A stretch of 64,000 nt of DNA from an uncultured Chlamydiae bacterium (GCA_963830365.1 CAWHMU010000041.1:43335-107334), one strand, 5' to 3'. Shown: positions 32,452 to 43,474, counted from the stretch's first letter. Translations and numbers: made by a program. The notes: a model not told the origin generated them from the letters alone.

Positions 32452-34193
32452 GTGGGCTGTCAAAAAGTTTAGTTATTCATACTAACAATATCTTCAAACA
32501 AGAGTTCATAATTCTTCCATATTTGTATTGCGAATTTCAATTTGATCTTGTATAATTAGCTCTCGTAAACAAGGGGCTGATGGGATGAAAAATAATCAAG
32601 AAAGCAACATTGCTAATGAAAATAATCTTCCAAAGAGAATTGATAAGGCGCTTGCATGGCTGACTGACAGCCGTAATAAATGGAAAGAAAAATGTATAGA
32701 AACCAAGCTTCTATTAAAACGCCAAACTTTTGCAGTCAAGAGACTTAAAGACTGTCGGAACGACTGGAAATTGACATGCAGCAGACTTAAACAAAAATCG
32801 ATTGAAAGCAAAGAAAAAATATCATCTCTTCAGAGTAGTGTTGACAAATTAGAATCGCAAATTGAAATCTATCGAAACGAAATTCAGATTCTAAAAAAAA
32901 GCGATAATCTGCAATTCAGATTTGAAGTCTGAAAGACACTCTTACCAACTGCCACAGTCTTTTTGGCAATGAAGTGGAAGCAGACTGCTTCTATGCGATT
33001 TCGGAATATTTCCTCTGCAATGAAGGTCTTGCAAGAAGAAGATAAAATTGATTGCGCGCCCACTCATGAAACATGTATCCAATGGGATCTTAAAATTGGT
33101 TTACAAAAGCTAAATCGTCCTAAGGAGGTATCCTCAGATTGGTGTTGGATTGTTGATCATGTCATCGCGCAAGGGTCCATTGAATGTCTTGCCGTTATGG
33201 GTGTTCGTAGCGATGTTTTAAAACAAAGAAATAATTGGACATTGTCGCTTCAAGATCTTGAACCATTTGCTTTAATTCCCATGCACCGTTCAACTGGCGA
33301 GGAGGTATCGAAGGCATTGTATGGAGTTTCACAAAGGACAGGTGTGGTACCAAGCTCTCTATTATCCGATAGAGGTTCAGATCTCTGGCTGGGCATATGA
33401 GGATTTCAAAAAATGGTTGGTGGCTGTATTGTCACACACTATATGACGTATGTCTAGAGTATGAAAAGTTGTTTCGAAACGATCTTGATTGGGATTTGTT
33501 CAAGGAAAAAGCGAATTACCCAAAAAAACAACTACACTGTACTGCAGGTGCGCATTTTGCACCTCCAGCCCAAAGGAAAAAGGCCCGATATCACAATGTG
33601 GACATTATTATCGGTTGGGCAATGAAAATATTGCAATATGATGGTATATGGGATGAAAAGGTATATGAAAAATTGAAGTGGGTTTACAGCTATGAAAAGC
33701 AAATCAGGATATGGAGTCAATGGGTTGAGATTGGAAAACACATCCGAGATCAAGTGAGGAAAAGTGGTTTTGGTTGTGATTCAGAAGAATTAATTATTGA
33801 ACGCTTATCACCATTACCCATGGCTGAATCATCACAACAACTTGCATGCAATCTTCTTGATTTTGTATCTAAAGAATCTTGTCAGCTTCCATCAGGTGTG
33901 ACAGCACCTGGGTCAACAGAGGTCATCGAATCACTATTCGGATATTTTAAATATGTAAAGAACGGTTTGTGGGATGGAAATGGAGGAATGGGACGCCTCA
34001 TTTTAACTATGGCAAGTCGGGTCGGGGAATTAACTTCAGAACTTGTAGAGAACGCTCTTAACAATATTCGCCAAAGTGAGCTTGCGCAATGGTTCGCAAA
34101 TTGCTATTCCAGATAGTCATTTAAATGTTTAATCATGGAAGACTTATGGACACGTACAATTTAGACGTCTTTGGAGACTTTTTGACAGCCCAC
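32452..34193 (+). mobile_element. Unclassified IS (1742 bp) with 17-bp perfect TIRs, 7-bp TSD and a fragmented DDE-like transposase
   Basis: GTGGGCTGTCAAAAAGT / ACTTTTTGACAGCCCAC; GTCTGAC at 32445-32451 and 34194-34200. Confidence 0.9.
32585..34116 (+). pseudogene. Putative transposase in three ORF pieces (coiled-coil ORF 32585-32932, then 32963-33400 and 33397-34116)
   Basis: Candidate catalytic residues WIVDH, LSDRGSDL, STEVIESLFG; lies wholly between the TIRs. Confidence 0.7.
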
Positions 34194-34526
34194 GTCTGAC
34201 CCCTATTTCAATTCCCTGCATGTCTCAAATATCAAAATCTGACCTCATTCTAAACAGCGGCAAAGCTCCGGGGGTGAACGATCGCAAGTCACCTTGTATT
34301 GACTCGGTTGCCTGAGGGCTCGTCGGCAAAGACGAGTTGCAGGCGTGGAAATCCATGCAAGCAAAATTAATCAGAGACCTGGTTCATTTTCACACATTTT
34401 CATTACATTTAGCATGTGTTTTAATAAGATGTTTGTTTTATAATAAAGATTATTAATAATGTTAAAAATAACATAAACAAAGGTAGTTGTGTTTAATTAT
34501 GTTAAAAAATACAATGCATTCTTACT

Positions 34527-36548
34527 ATGCTTCCCAAAAAAAAATTCTTCGCAGCCCATGAGGTCGGGGTAAATCAAGAGGACCTGCCATACATAAATAA
34601 AACTACCGGCCGCCTTAAAATCGGCACCGCTGGGCACGAAAAATTTGTGGCTGCCACAAAATTCGAGGGGCGGAGTCTGCTGTCTCGTTTTTTTGATTGG
34701 CTTAAAGGCAATTTTGTCGTGTCGGTTGGTGGTGAGAAATATGTGGTAAACAGGCGAAGCTGGGAAAAGCGTATCATCAAGCCTTTGCTCAACGAACCAG
34801 CTAGTCAGTACAAAACCGTTAATGCTTTGTGTAATAAAATATTGAATAATGATGCCGGTACTAAAACACTAGCGCATGATCCCGTTAGAAGCACCCTTTG
34901 CGCCAAGCACATCGCCTTTAATAATTTCGAAAAGGCCCTGGAGATTGAACAAGGAATCACCGATCCCGCTGCTAAAGTCGCTGCCTTAGAAGAGATTTTC
35001 GAAAATGTAATCACGACAGATCATTCCCAGGATCATTCTAAGGTCTTTGCGCTGGCTGAGAAGATAGCGGATAGCCATGACAACAAGACCTTGGCTTATC
35101 AGGTCATTGTAGGATTCATTGCTGATCAGGTCGGCAAGAGCATCAATCCCAAGGGAAGTTTAGCAGCTTGGATGAAGGGCCTTGACAAGATCACAGACAT
35201 TAAAGATAGGTCTGTTTGCCTAAATAGCTTGGAAGCGGTCCTCATGGAGCAATGCAAAATTAAGGATGGCGTGTTCCCTTCAGCAGAGGAAATCGACCTG
35301 TTAATACGGTTTGCTGAGCTGACCAAAAATGATCAAATGCGGCAGCGTGTCTTTGATCAGTTCTATGCTGATAGTGTCAACTACATAAAGGGTTTGGCAG
35401 GCCAAGCCCTGACTGATCAAGAGCGTGCCGCAAATCAAGAGAAAATTGTCGCTTTTATTAAGGTAACTACCGAAAAAGGGTGTCCGACTCTTCATAAGGC
35501 CTGCTACGAGAGACGAGAAATCTTTGAACCTTTCAAAGGCAAAGAAACCGACGAAAGCTATCGCGACAGCTTGTACAAAGCCCTTAGAACAGTTTATGAC
35601 CAATACTTTGATAATAAATATAATGAGCCTGCAGGCTCGCTTTTAAAAAGAGGCGTCCAGACCGGTAAAGACGAGAATCAGATCTTGACAGACGGTGTTT
35701 GCAATGCTTTGTGTGAAAAGATGTATGACGTCTTGAGTACAACTGACGCCAAGGCGGTGGACGCGAAGTTGGTATCCCCGGAAATTGAAGTCGGACAGAA
35801 AACCCGCTTCGCTCAGGCTAAACATGTTTTACAGACGCTGTTTTCACCATTAAAAATAGCTAGAATGCAGCAGCAGGATACAGCTGGTACAGACAGTCTA
35901 GTTTCGCCGGTAAACGAGACCCTCAAAGAATCTAAAAAAGCGCCTCAAATGGCAGCCTCTAATATGGCTAAGGGTTTGTCTTATGAAGAGATCGATAGCA
36001 TCATTGGTGCATTGATTATACGAGAGTGCCAAATTTTTAAAGACAAGTCAAATATCGTCGTGCCGATTTCCCTATATTTTTCAGAGGGATCCGGGCACGC
36101 CACACTGCTTCAAATCGATTATCAAAACAAGCTTGCCCGTATTTATGACCCCAATCTAGGCATTATGGTCTTTAAAGGCGCCCCGAGTGAGTTGGCAGCA
36201 GAAGCTGTCAAAAAATATAAGGAATTGTTAATCCGCTTATACAAAAATGATGTTATCGTGCGTGTTAAACGTTTTAATTTAATTCCTATGCTTGATGTTG
36301 AAGCCATAGTAAAGAAATTAAGCAAAGATGACCAGAAATCAATTAGAAAAATCTACAGCATAAATAAAAGAATGCTCCATTCCATTCGGATTAGTGGAAA
36401 TGAAAGTGGATTAGACTTATCACATAACATTATTATTGAAGAAGCTCGAGCTTTGAGAGAGAGAAACGATATCGAATTTACACGCCTGCTTGAAGAAATG
36501 CGCTTTGGTGACGAAGTTGATAACATGTTACGCAGGTTTTTTAGCTGA
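34527..36548 (+). CDS. Putative effector with a C-terminal YopT/AvrPphB-like (C58) cysteine protease domain
   Basis: DGVCNALC ... GHATLL ... IYDPNLG, in Cys-His-Asp order with His-Asp spacing typical of C58. Confidence 0.65.
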   Translation: MLPKKKFFAAHEVGVNQEDLPYINKTTGRLKIGTAGHEKFVAATKFEGRSLLSRFFDWLKGNFVVSVGGEKYVVNRRSWEKRIIKPLLNEPASQYKTVNALCNKILNNDAGTKTLAHDPVRSTLCAKHIAFNNFEKALEIEQGITDPAAKVAALEEIFENVITTDHSQDHSKVFALAEKIADSHDNKTLAYQVIVGFIADQVGKSINPKGSLAAWMKGLDKITDIKDRSVCLNSLEAVLMEQCKIKDGVFPSAEEIDLLIRFAELTKNDQMRQRVFDQFYADSVNYIKGLAGQALTDQERAANQEKIVAFIKVTTEKGCPTLHKACYERREIFEPFKGKETDESYRDSLYKALRTVYDQYFDNKYNEPAGSLLKRGVQTGKDENQILTDGVCNALCEKMYDVLSTTDAKAVDAKLVSPEIEVGQKTRFAQAKHVLQTLFSPLKIARMQQQDTAGTDSLVSPVNETLKESKKAPQMAASNMAKGLSYEEIDSIIGALIIRECQIFKDKSNIVVPISLYFSEGSGHATLLQIDYQNKLARIYDPNLGIMVFKGAPSELAAEAVKKYKELLIRLYKNDVIVRVKRFNLIPMLDVEAIVKKLSKDDQKSIRKIYSINKRMLHSIRISGNESGLDLSHNIIIEEARALRERNDIEFTRLLEEMRFGDEVDNMLRRFFS

Positions 36549-36631
36549 GAACGAAACCATGTTTAAAAAATAATATAAACACAAACTTATTTACAAAACC
36601 TAGATACTATAATCAATTATTTTGAGGTGCT

Positions 36632-38051
36632 GTGTCAATTACACCAGTTGAAAATGAGTCCCCAAACCCAACTTATAAAACTCTTTCAGGGGTGTTAGTA
36701 GAGAAAGATGAGGAACCAAAAAAACTCGGCAAAAAAATGGTTGCAGTCTAAAGAGGACCTGACTCGGCCTCGGTGTTCTTATCGGGACAATATGGCTAGC
36801 CACCTCCAGGTCCATGGCGCCAATCGGGACAACAGAATTGAGGCCTTTTTCTGCCGCCCCATCGGCCAATGATCTCTTACGGCCAGAGGCTGGGGTTGTT
36901 CCATTTGAGAAACCGCCCGGTAATCCTCTTGTGGGGGGAAATACAGCCGATATAGCAGGCAACCATCGAGTTCCCGTGGGGGCAGCTGAATCAGAAAAAC
37001 CAGTCATTAAGGATGATGCTCCGCTAGCTCAAGTGATCATCAATTCGGATGCGGATGCCAATCGGGGGATCTTCAAAGCCAAACCGGATGTTTTCGACTT
37101 TTCGGAATTTAAACAAAAAACCGTTCTGATTCAAGAAGAGTATAAAAAGAAGGGTCATCACACAAATGCGTGGTTAACCTGTAAAATTTGGATTGTTCGT
37201 TGTATAATGGTACCAGCTTTCTGAGGTCGTAATAAATAGATCTTGCTGTTGTTTTAGGCTGAAAGCCTGATTTATGAAAGCCTAGGGCAACACCCTAGGT
37301 GGGCTTTAAAATAGATTGCAGGCTGTAGGACTGCTCCATAGCAACTTATAAGGCAGGACCTACAGCCTGCAATTTTATTTTCATGTACCTAGGGCGTTGC
37401 CCTAGGCTTTCATAAATCAGGCTTTCAGCCTAAAAACTTTGAGCGGATATGATAATTATGACTCAACCAACCACTCATTTGTGTGATGACCCAAAAAGAA
37501 GATTGCAGAGCATTATCGTACCCATGGCATTACAAAGGGCAATGAACCGCTTGTCTATACGAAAGACCATGAGGAACGTTTTAAACAGTTCCTTATTGAA
37601 CATCATCAGGTCAAAGAAAGTTCAACCACCTTCTTTGAGCGGAACCTTTGGGGGATGGGCCCACTACGCTGGATGGCTTAGACTTTTTTTTCAACCAGGT
37701 CAAAAAAGTGATCGGAGTCCTAAATTATCAAATTCAAGAAAACCAAAAAATTGCCGAAAAAGAGCTGAGTTAAAAGCTAAGAAAATAAATATTCGGGGTA
37801 ATCCATATAATGAATCTGCATCACCGATAGCTAATATTCCAGGGGTGATATTTGATAACTGGCCGCTAAAACAGGAAACCAGAAATGTCGTATGGGAACA
37901 TCTAGTCAAAGAAGGTTTCATTGTTCACAATTCGATGATGAAAGCTATTATTGGTCCGATGGACATAAAGCATATTGAATATAGTGTTGAAAAGTATTTT
38001 ATGAGAATGCGCAGAGTAGGCCAACTACGTTACCGTAGTTGGCCCCTCTAA
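36632..38051 (+). pseudogene. Fragmented hypothetical gene(s), broken by frameshifts and the palindrome at 37252-37435
   Basis: ORF pieces 36814-37224 and 37449-38051; protein-like reading switches frames. Confidence 0.35.
37252..37435. repeat. Family B long palindrome (CCTAGGGCAACGCCCTAGG / AGGCTGAAAGCCT units)
   Basis: ~49-bp near-perfect outer arms plus inner TGCAGGCTGTAGG / CCTACAGCCTGCA. Confidence 0.9.
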
Positions 38052-38059
38052 GAGTTTCT

Positions 38060-38277
38060 GTTCACAGGGTCGGAAACCATACATCAGGCCTTCAGCCTGA
38101 GTTCTTTATATATTCCACCTAGGGCGTTGCCCTAGGCTTTTATAAATCAGGCTTTCAGCTGAACACCGTTCTCAGGGCAACGCCCTGAAATATAACAGCC
38201 TAGGGCAACGCGCCCTAGGTAAAACGCACAAATATCTCAGGCTGAAGGTCTGACGTTTAATTTCCGACCCCGTGAAC
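38060..38277. repeat. Family B composite REPIN/MITE-like element
   Basis: TIR GTTCACAGGGTCGGAAA / TTTCCGACCCCGTGAAC enclosing three GGGCAACGCCC-type hairpins. Confidence 0.88.
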
Positions 38278-38495
38278 GAATACCAGGATTGCTCCTTTCG
38301 TTTCATTGTCGAGTTCGCACTTTATTCAGAACTCTAGATTCACCCTGCTGTAAGGGTGGTTTCTTTAAGAAACACCTCCTTTAAAGGCCTCGTGTCGCAA
38401 CAAGATGCCAAGCCTGACCCCATTTTTAATGAGTCCTTGAGTATTTAGGTGCAAAAGCACTATATTCACAGTCATTTTCAAAAGGAGTATTTTCC

Positions 38496-39086
38496 ATGGA
38501 AGGCGCTGTAGAATCAACATCTCCCAAAATCGCGTTGCCAAGCGATTTGTCTGCCGGTTTTAATTATGCCTGGACGACAGCCCAAACGATCATTTCCAAA
38601 GTCGTGACTGTCGCCAAAGAGTGTTTTATCAATTTGCAGAATAGGGTGAGGGAAACCTCGCTGGACCCGACGATTACGGTGATCAGTCGGCAGTCGATGG
38701 AAGTGGAAAAAATATTCAACGCGGTCAGCTGCCTGCCCTTTTTGGGCTTCCTCGCCAGTTCAATCCGCTCTGTCGTGGGGAAAATTCAAATCGCTGCCGG
38801 CGCCGCCATTGCCGCGGCCGCCGAAGTGGGGTTGTTCCTGGAAAGCCGAAAAGAGGGCGAAAAATCCCTGCTAGGCAAATGGCAGACACTTTCCAAATTC
38901 GGCATGGAGCATGTCATCCATGGCTGCCTGAACGTGCTGCGCGGCACAAGCGAAGCGCTGCTATCGTCATATACCTTTGGATTGGGCAACATCGCCTTAT
39001 TAGCGCCGAATTTGTGCAATAACAGGGAGTTTAAGCCCTATTTTGGCTACGGTACACTGGTGAAGCCGATAGTGACTACGCCTTAG
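38496..39086 (+). CDS. Hypothetical protein with hydrophobic helices
   Basis: 196 aa; AAGGAG RBS; SCLPFLGFLASSIR and HGCLNVLRG segments. Confidence 0.7.
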   Translation: MEGAVESTSPKIALPSDLSAGFNYAWTTAQTIISKVVTVAKECFINLQNRVRETSLDPTITVISRQSMEVEKIFNAVSCLPFLGFLASSIRSVVGKIQIAAGAAIAAAAEVGLFLESRKEGEKSLLGKWQTLSKFGMEHVIHGCLNVLRGTSEALLSSYTFGLGNIALLAPNLCNNREFKPYFGYGTLVKPIVTTP

Positions 39087-40371
39087 TGTTGCTACCAGGC
39101 TGGCCGGTATGCATTAGATTTGCTTGAGAATACATTTTCGGCAAAGGCAATGGCATGGCCCTGTTTTCTTTGTCTTGGTCAGTGCTTTTTGTTAGCAATG
39201 TGGCTATGTCATTTTTAAAACTCACCAGATAACATTTCTGATCCAGTATTAGAGATGGAAGATTTATGCGCTGTTGGGCTTGCAAGAGACGGATATCATC
39301 GGTAGGCAAGAGGGTATAAGCTTTGTCGTAATCTAATGCGTCAGCTAGAGTTGGCTGCAACAGGTTTGCCTGCGCATACTGTTCGTATACAGAGTGCAAA
39401 TCATTAATATTAGCGCCCTTTTGGTCAGCCATTTTTAGTTTATCTAAAAGCGAACTTAAAAACTGATGCTGAATGTTATACGATATCTGCGTTAGCTTGC
39501 TGTAAAAGAGGCTTTTTATAAATACTTCGGCTTTGTCGCCTAAGTCTGCGATTATCCCATCAGTTTTACCAGCCATATATTTCAAAGCTTTATCAAAAGC
39601 CTCATTTGCCTTGTTCTCGGCCAGCTTCATATCTTCGTGAGCAAGTTTCTGGAAGGCTGCCTCGCATTTTTTTTTGAATTCTGCTTTGATGAGGGATTCG
39701 ACCGGGATGTTATTTTTTGTCGTTTTGGCTTCACATTGTTCTGTTTGGTGTGATTGAGAAGGCATAACTGGTTTCATTCTTAGGACCTTTTCCAATGCCA
39801 GAATCCGATTCGCCTGCCAGTGTATTTTTGCTTGCCATTCATTAAAATATTCGTCGTGTAAAGCTATCTTAGCTCTTTGTTCATCAGAACATGCACCGTC
39901 TAATAGCCTTTGATTTATTTTGCAACGCTCGTTTTCGAGATGTCTGGTCTGTTCTGTCAAAATGATGAGCTGTTTCGCGGTGCAGGAAGTGTTGGAGGTA
40001 TTTGCACAAACTTGTTCAAGTTGATGTATACACAGCTTTTGGTAGGCTGATAATTCGCGGAATGATTGTTCAGTTGATTTGACTATATCTTTACCCGTAG
40101 GTGGGGAAAACGTGGCTTGTAGCGTGTTAGAGCTGATGGGAGTCAGTGGGAGGCGGTTGGCAGATACATGGTGCGGTTTTAGAGTAGGGCTGTTTGAGGC
40201 TTTCTGCGCAGAGGCGTCAAAAGAAATTTTGCCAAGCTCGGATACTTTATCTTCAGCAGGCATCAAAGTTTTGTTTATATGCTTGCGTGGGTATTTAGGG
40301 GGTAATGCTCGCGAACAGGTATCATCAAACGTGTTTTTAAAAGAGAAACGGTTATGCGAAACTAAAGTCAT
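39076..40371 (-). CDS. Putative secreted protein, paralogue family member 1
   Basis: S/T/P-rich N-terminus; C-terminal helical domain similar to 47426-48343. Confidence 0.65.
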   Translation of the reverse strand: MTLVSHNRFSFKNTFDDTCSRALPPKYPRKHINKTLMPAEDKVSELGKISFDASAQKASNSPTLKPHHVSANRLPLTPISSNTLQATFSPPTGKDIVKSTEQSFRELSAYQKLCIHQLEQVCANTSNTSCTAKQLIILTEQTRHLENERCKINQRLLDGACSDEQRAKIALHDEYFNEWQAKIHWQANRILALEKVLRMKPVMPSQSHQTEQCEAKTTKNNIPVESLIKAEFKKKCEAAFQKLAHEDMKLAENKANEAFDKALKYMAGKTDGIIADLGDKAEVFIKSLFYSKLTQISYNIQHQFLSSLLDKLKMADQKGANINDLHSVYEQYAQANLLQPTLADALDYDKAYTLLPTDDIRLLQAQQRINLPSLILDQKCYLVSFKNDIATLLTKSTDQDKENRAMPLPLPKMYSQANLMHTGQPGSNTKA

Positions 40372-40489
40372 AATGGCACCAAGTTTGTTCGTTAATCAAC
40401 ATTACCATAAACATGTTTATAAAGCAATGTTTAAAGGTAATGCTAATACATTAGCGAACATTGCCGTACATAAGTGTATGCTCATTTAG

Positions 40490-40716
40490 TATCCGTTCAC
40501 GGGGTCAGAAATTAAACGTCAGGCCTTCAGCCTAAGATATTTGTTTGTTTTACCTAGGGCGTTGCCCTAGGCTATTATATTTCTGGGCGTTGCCCTGAAA
40601 ACTTTGTTCAGGCTGAAAGCCTAATTTATAAAATCCTAGGGCAACGCCCTAGGAGGAATATATAAAAAACTCAGGCTGAAGGCCTGATATATGGTTTCCG
40701 ACCCCGTGAACGGATA
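40490..40716. repeat. Family B composite element, inverted copy of 38060-38277
   Basis: TATCCGTTCACGGGGTC ... GACCCCGTGAACGGATA; same internal hairpin order reversed. Confidence 0.88.
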
Positions 40717-40735
40717 ACTAATTTATGCATCGCTA

Positions 40736-40818
40736 TACCACGCGCGGTTAGGTTGTTTACATTTTGGCTGCGCCAAAGCCCCGCAGTTAAAATATGAACA
40801 ACCTAACCGAGCGTGGTA
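40736..40818. repeat. Family C 83-bp inverted-repeat element
   Basis: TACCACGCGCGGTTAGGTTGTT / AACAACCTAACCGAGCGTGGTA; remnants at 14866 and ~50532-50577. Confidence 0.8.
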
Positions 40819-40999
40819 AATCTACTCCGTTCACTTTTGAGAAATGAATCCCAAGCAAGCAAATGGTATAATGGCTCTTCCGACAAGAGACAGTTTTAGT
40901 AAGAATTGTAATACGACAGCACGAGAATTACTGCCATGGCTAAAAGAAAAAGTTGAAAGATATAAGACGGCGTTTTAGCTGGCGATGCTAAGGTTTAGA

Positions 41000-43474
41000 T
41001 CAGGGGATTTTGTAATTGGGGGGTGATATTTTCTTGCCGATTGGCTGTATCTGCCTCTTCAAGGTCAGCATCCGATAGATTCTTTCATAAAATTTAGCTT
41101 CGGCGGAGCCAGCTTTGGCTTTCATTAGTTTAGTTTTGACTTTGTTTATGACGAGATCAATGATGGGACGGTTGAACAGTCTGTCGTCATCCAAATAGGC
41201 TTGGAGGGAATGTCTTCTGGCAAAGGCCGTAAACTGTTTATAAAGCGTTCTGCCTTCCGCATCTCCCAGGTATTGTCGGCATAATGCCAAAAGAGCTGCT
41301 TTAGCACTAGCCGTGGTGCAATTACCGACTTTTTGGTCCTGCTGGCTGTAGCACTCATTTTTTACACGACTTAACTTGAGGCTTTTAAGCATGTCATCAA
41401 AAATATGGATATTGGCATATGTGGTTTGTAATTTGCCAAGCAGCTGCGTTGTAATCGCATCTGTGGGTAGGGAATATATTGTGGACGTATGTTTGGCTGT
41501 ACGAACGCCGCGATTGCAAACAGTCAGGTATCCATTGTATAAGACCATGGAAATTGCATGATGGAATGTGCCGCCTAAGATGATATAAGGCTGAGGCGCC
41601 TTGTCATCGGTTATTTTCGATAGCATAGATGTCATCGATTCTGAGCCAAATGGATAGGCATTTTTAAATGCATTTTGAATTTCTTTTTTGGCTTGGTCAG
41701 GCAGCTGTGTATCTTTAACAGCATCGAAAAAGGTATCTACATAGGCTGAGATTGTCTTCATGCACTGCCATGGCTGCATGCCTTCAAGCATAAATTGATG
41801 TTTTTCCCCATTCATACCGATATATTCAGAAACGCCGCGTAACCCCCAGATATGTGCAGCAAATTTTTCGTGCATTGCTTGATCGCACTGAGCTTGATTT
41901 AGGCCAAGCAGTTTGATTACATCTTGATGATTTCTATAAATCGCATGCTGTAAGGCTGTTAAACCTGTAAAGTCTCTGGCATTAAACTTTAGATCAACCC
42001 CCAGTCCTATCAAGAACTGGATGATTGTCAGATCATTATTTTTGATATTTTCGATGGCATGTATCAATGGTGTCCTGCCGACATAGTCAATACTGTCAAG
42101 ACTGCCCCCTAGTTCGATGAGAAGTTTAACCAGACTTAGATTTTTTCGTCTGATGGCATGTATCAGAGGTGTCATGCCGGCAGAGTCTGCCGTATTGAAA
42201 TCTGCCTTCAGAGTTGCTAAAAGCCTAATAAGTTCGGGATTGCGAAATCTCACCGCATGTATAAGTGGTGTAAGACCCTCAGGATCTTTCGCATTAATAT
42301 CTGCTCCCTGTGTTGAGAGAAACTCGATCATTTTTAGATTTTGTTTAAAGATGGCGTGAATGACTGGTGTGTTACCTGAAGGGTTTGCCATATTAATATT
42401 TGCCCCCTCTGCACAGAGGACAGCAACCAGATCTGAATTGTTTTTATCGATGGCATAGGTCAGTGGAGTTGAAAAACTGGAAATGGTTGCATCAAGATTG
42501 ACTCCCATTTTGGCAAGCCATGGCACAATCGTTGGATTATTATTATCGATAGCAAGCGTTAACAATGTATTGGATTTTTGGCATTGGTTTATTTTTCCTC
42601 GATTCCAAGCGTTGAAGTCGAGATCGATCTGTTCGCTCAAAGATTTATTAGCATTTCTTATCTTACAAGTACGAGCATAGTCGGTGTTCAGTTTTGCCGC
42701 ATCTATTTCGGCTGGTAAATGAAAAGCTGCGGCTGCAGCTTCCAAGGCTGCTAACTCAGAAGTTAGTTGGTCGTTTGAGGGGATGTTGAAGTCTGTCTTG
42801 TCAGAGCATTCTTGAAAAATTGAAGACAATTTTTCAATGACAAGCGCTTTAAATTTAGTGTGGAGATTGAAATGACATAAGTTAGCAAAGTAGTAGAAAT
42901 CATATTCGGAAATCATGTTGTGGTCTGCGCGATGCACAAAAAACACGGCTTCCTTGGTGTCAATGGCTCGTCTTTTTTCTATCATTGAAATGATTTGTGA
43001 CAGGGTATCTTCGATGATTTGGAGGGCTGCGCTTTGCTGATCATCATTTAAGGACTTGATGGATAGGTCGATCTGTTTTGCTAGCTTATCTGCCGTGCCC
43101 ATAAGACCAGTACGTTTAACAAAAGAGTCAAGGATAGACGCCGCGCTTTTTACATTAGTCTCTTGCTTATTCGTCTTAAAAACAACGAGCTGTGGTGGCT
43201 GATTAAAGTTGATCGGTAAAAGGGCAACTCTGGTGGTTGATGTGCCGGCATTGGCGGTCTCGCTTGCACGACCCAACGTTAGCGTTTTTGCATTTGCAGA
43301 GGATAGGAAGGGACTGAATAGTTTTGATTGAGCATATGCACATATCTGATTTTCATCGTTAAAAGGGGATTCAGAAGTAAAAGGGGATTCAGAAGATTTT
43401 CGCGTGTTAGTAGCAAGGACGATAGGTAATGCCTGTTGTCTGGTTGTGTTGCTGTATGCAGATAAAGATGACAT
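41000..43474 (-). CDS. Ankyrin-repeat protein with the shared N-terminal helical domain and a C-terminal cysteine-protease-like domain
   Basis: About 7 ankyrin repeats (TPLTYAI, GNTPVIHAI, GLTPLIHAV, GMTPLIHAI, GRTPLIHAI, GLTALQHAI); HHAIS...CNRG...QKVGNC. Confidence 0.85.
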   Translation of the reverse strand: MSSLSAYSNTTRQQALPIVLATNTRKSSESPFTSESPFNDENQICAYAQSKLFSPFLSSANAKTLTLGRASETANAGTSTTRVALLPINFNQPPQLVVFKTNKQETNVKSAASILDSFVKRTGLMGTADKLAKQIDLSIKSLNDDQQSAALQIIEDTLSQIISMIEKRRAIDTKEAVFFVHRADHNMISEYDFYYFANLCHFNLHTKFKALVIEKLSSIFQECSDKTDFNIPSNDQLTSELAALEAAAAAFHLPAEIDAAKLNTDYARTCKIRNANKSLSEQIDLDFNAWNRGKINQCQKSNTLLTLAIDNNNPTIVPWLAKMGVNLDATISSFSTPLTYAIDKNNSDLVAVLCAEGANINMANPSGNTPVIHAIFKQNLKMIEFLSTQGADINAKDPEGLTPLIHAVRFRNPELIRLLATLKADFNTADSAGMTPLIHAIRRKNLSLVKLLIELGGSLDSIDYVGRTPLIHAIENIKNNDLTIIQFLIGLGVDLKFNARDFTGLTALQHAIYRNHQDVIKLLGLNQAQCDQAMHEKFAAHIWGLRGVSEYIGMNGEKHQFMLEGMQPWQCMKTISAYVDTFFDAVKDTQLPDQAKKEIQNAFKNAYPFGSESMTSMLSKITDDKAPQPYIILGGTFHHAISMVLYNGYLTVCNRGVRTAKHTSTIYSLPTDAITTQLLGKLQTTYANIHIFDDMLKSLKLSRVKNECYSQQDQKVGNCTTASAKAALLALCRQYLGDAEGRTLYKQFTAFARRHSLQAYLDDDRLFNRPIIDLVINKVKTKLMKAKAGSAEAKFYERIYRMLTLKRQIQPIGKKISPPNYKIP

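Noticed and set aside
37252..40716. CRISPR-like array from recurring GGGCAACGCCC palindromes
   Set aside because: Units are inverted and nested rather than direct repeats with unique equal-length spacers; no cas genes
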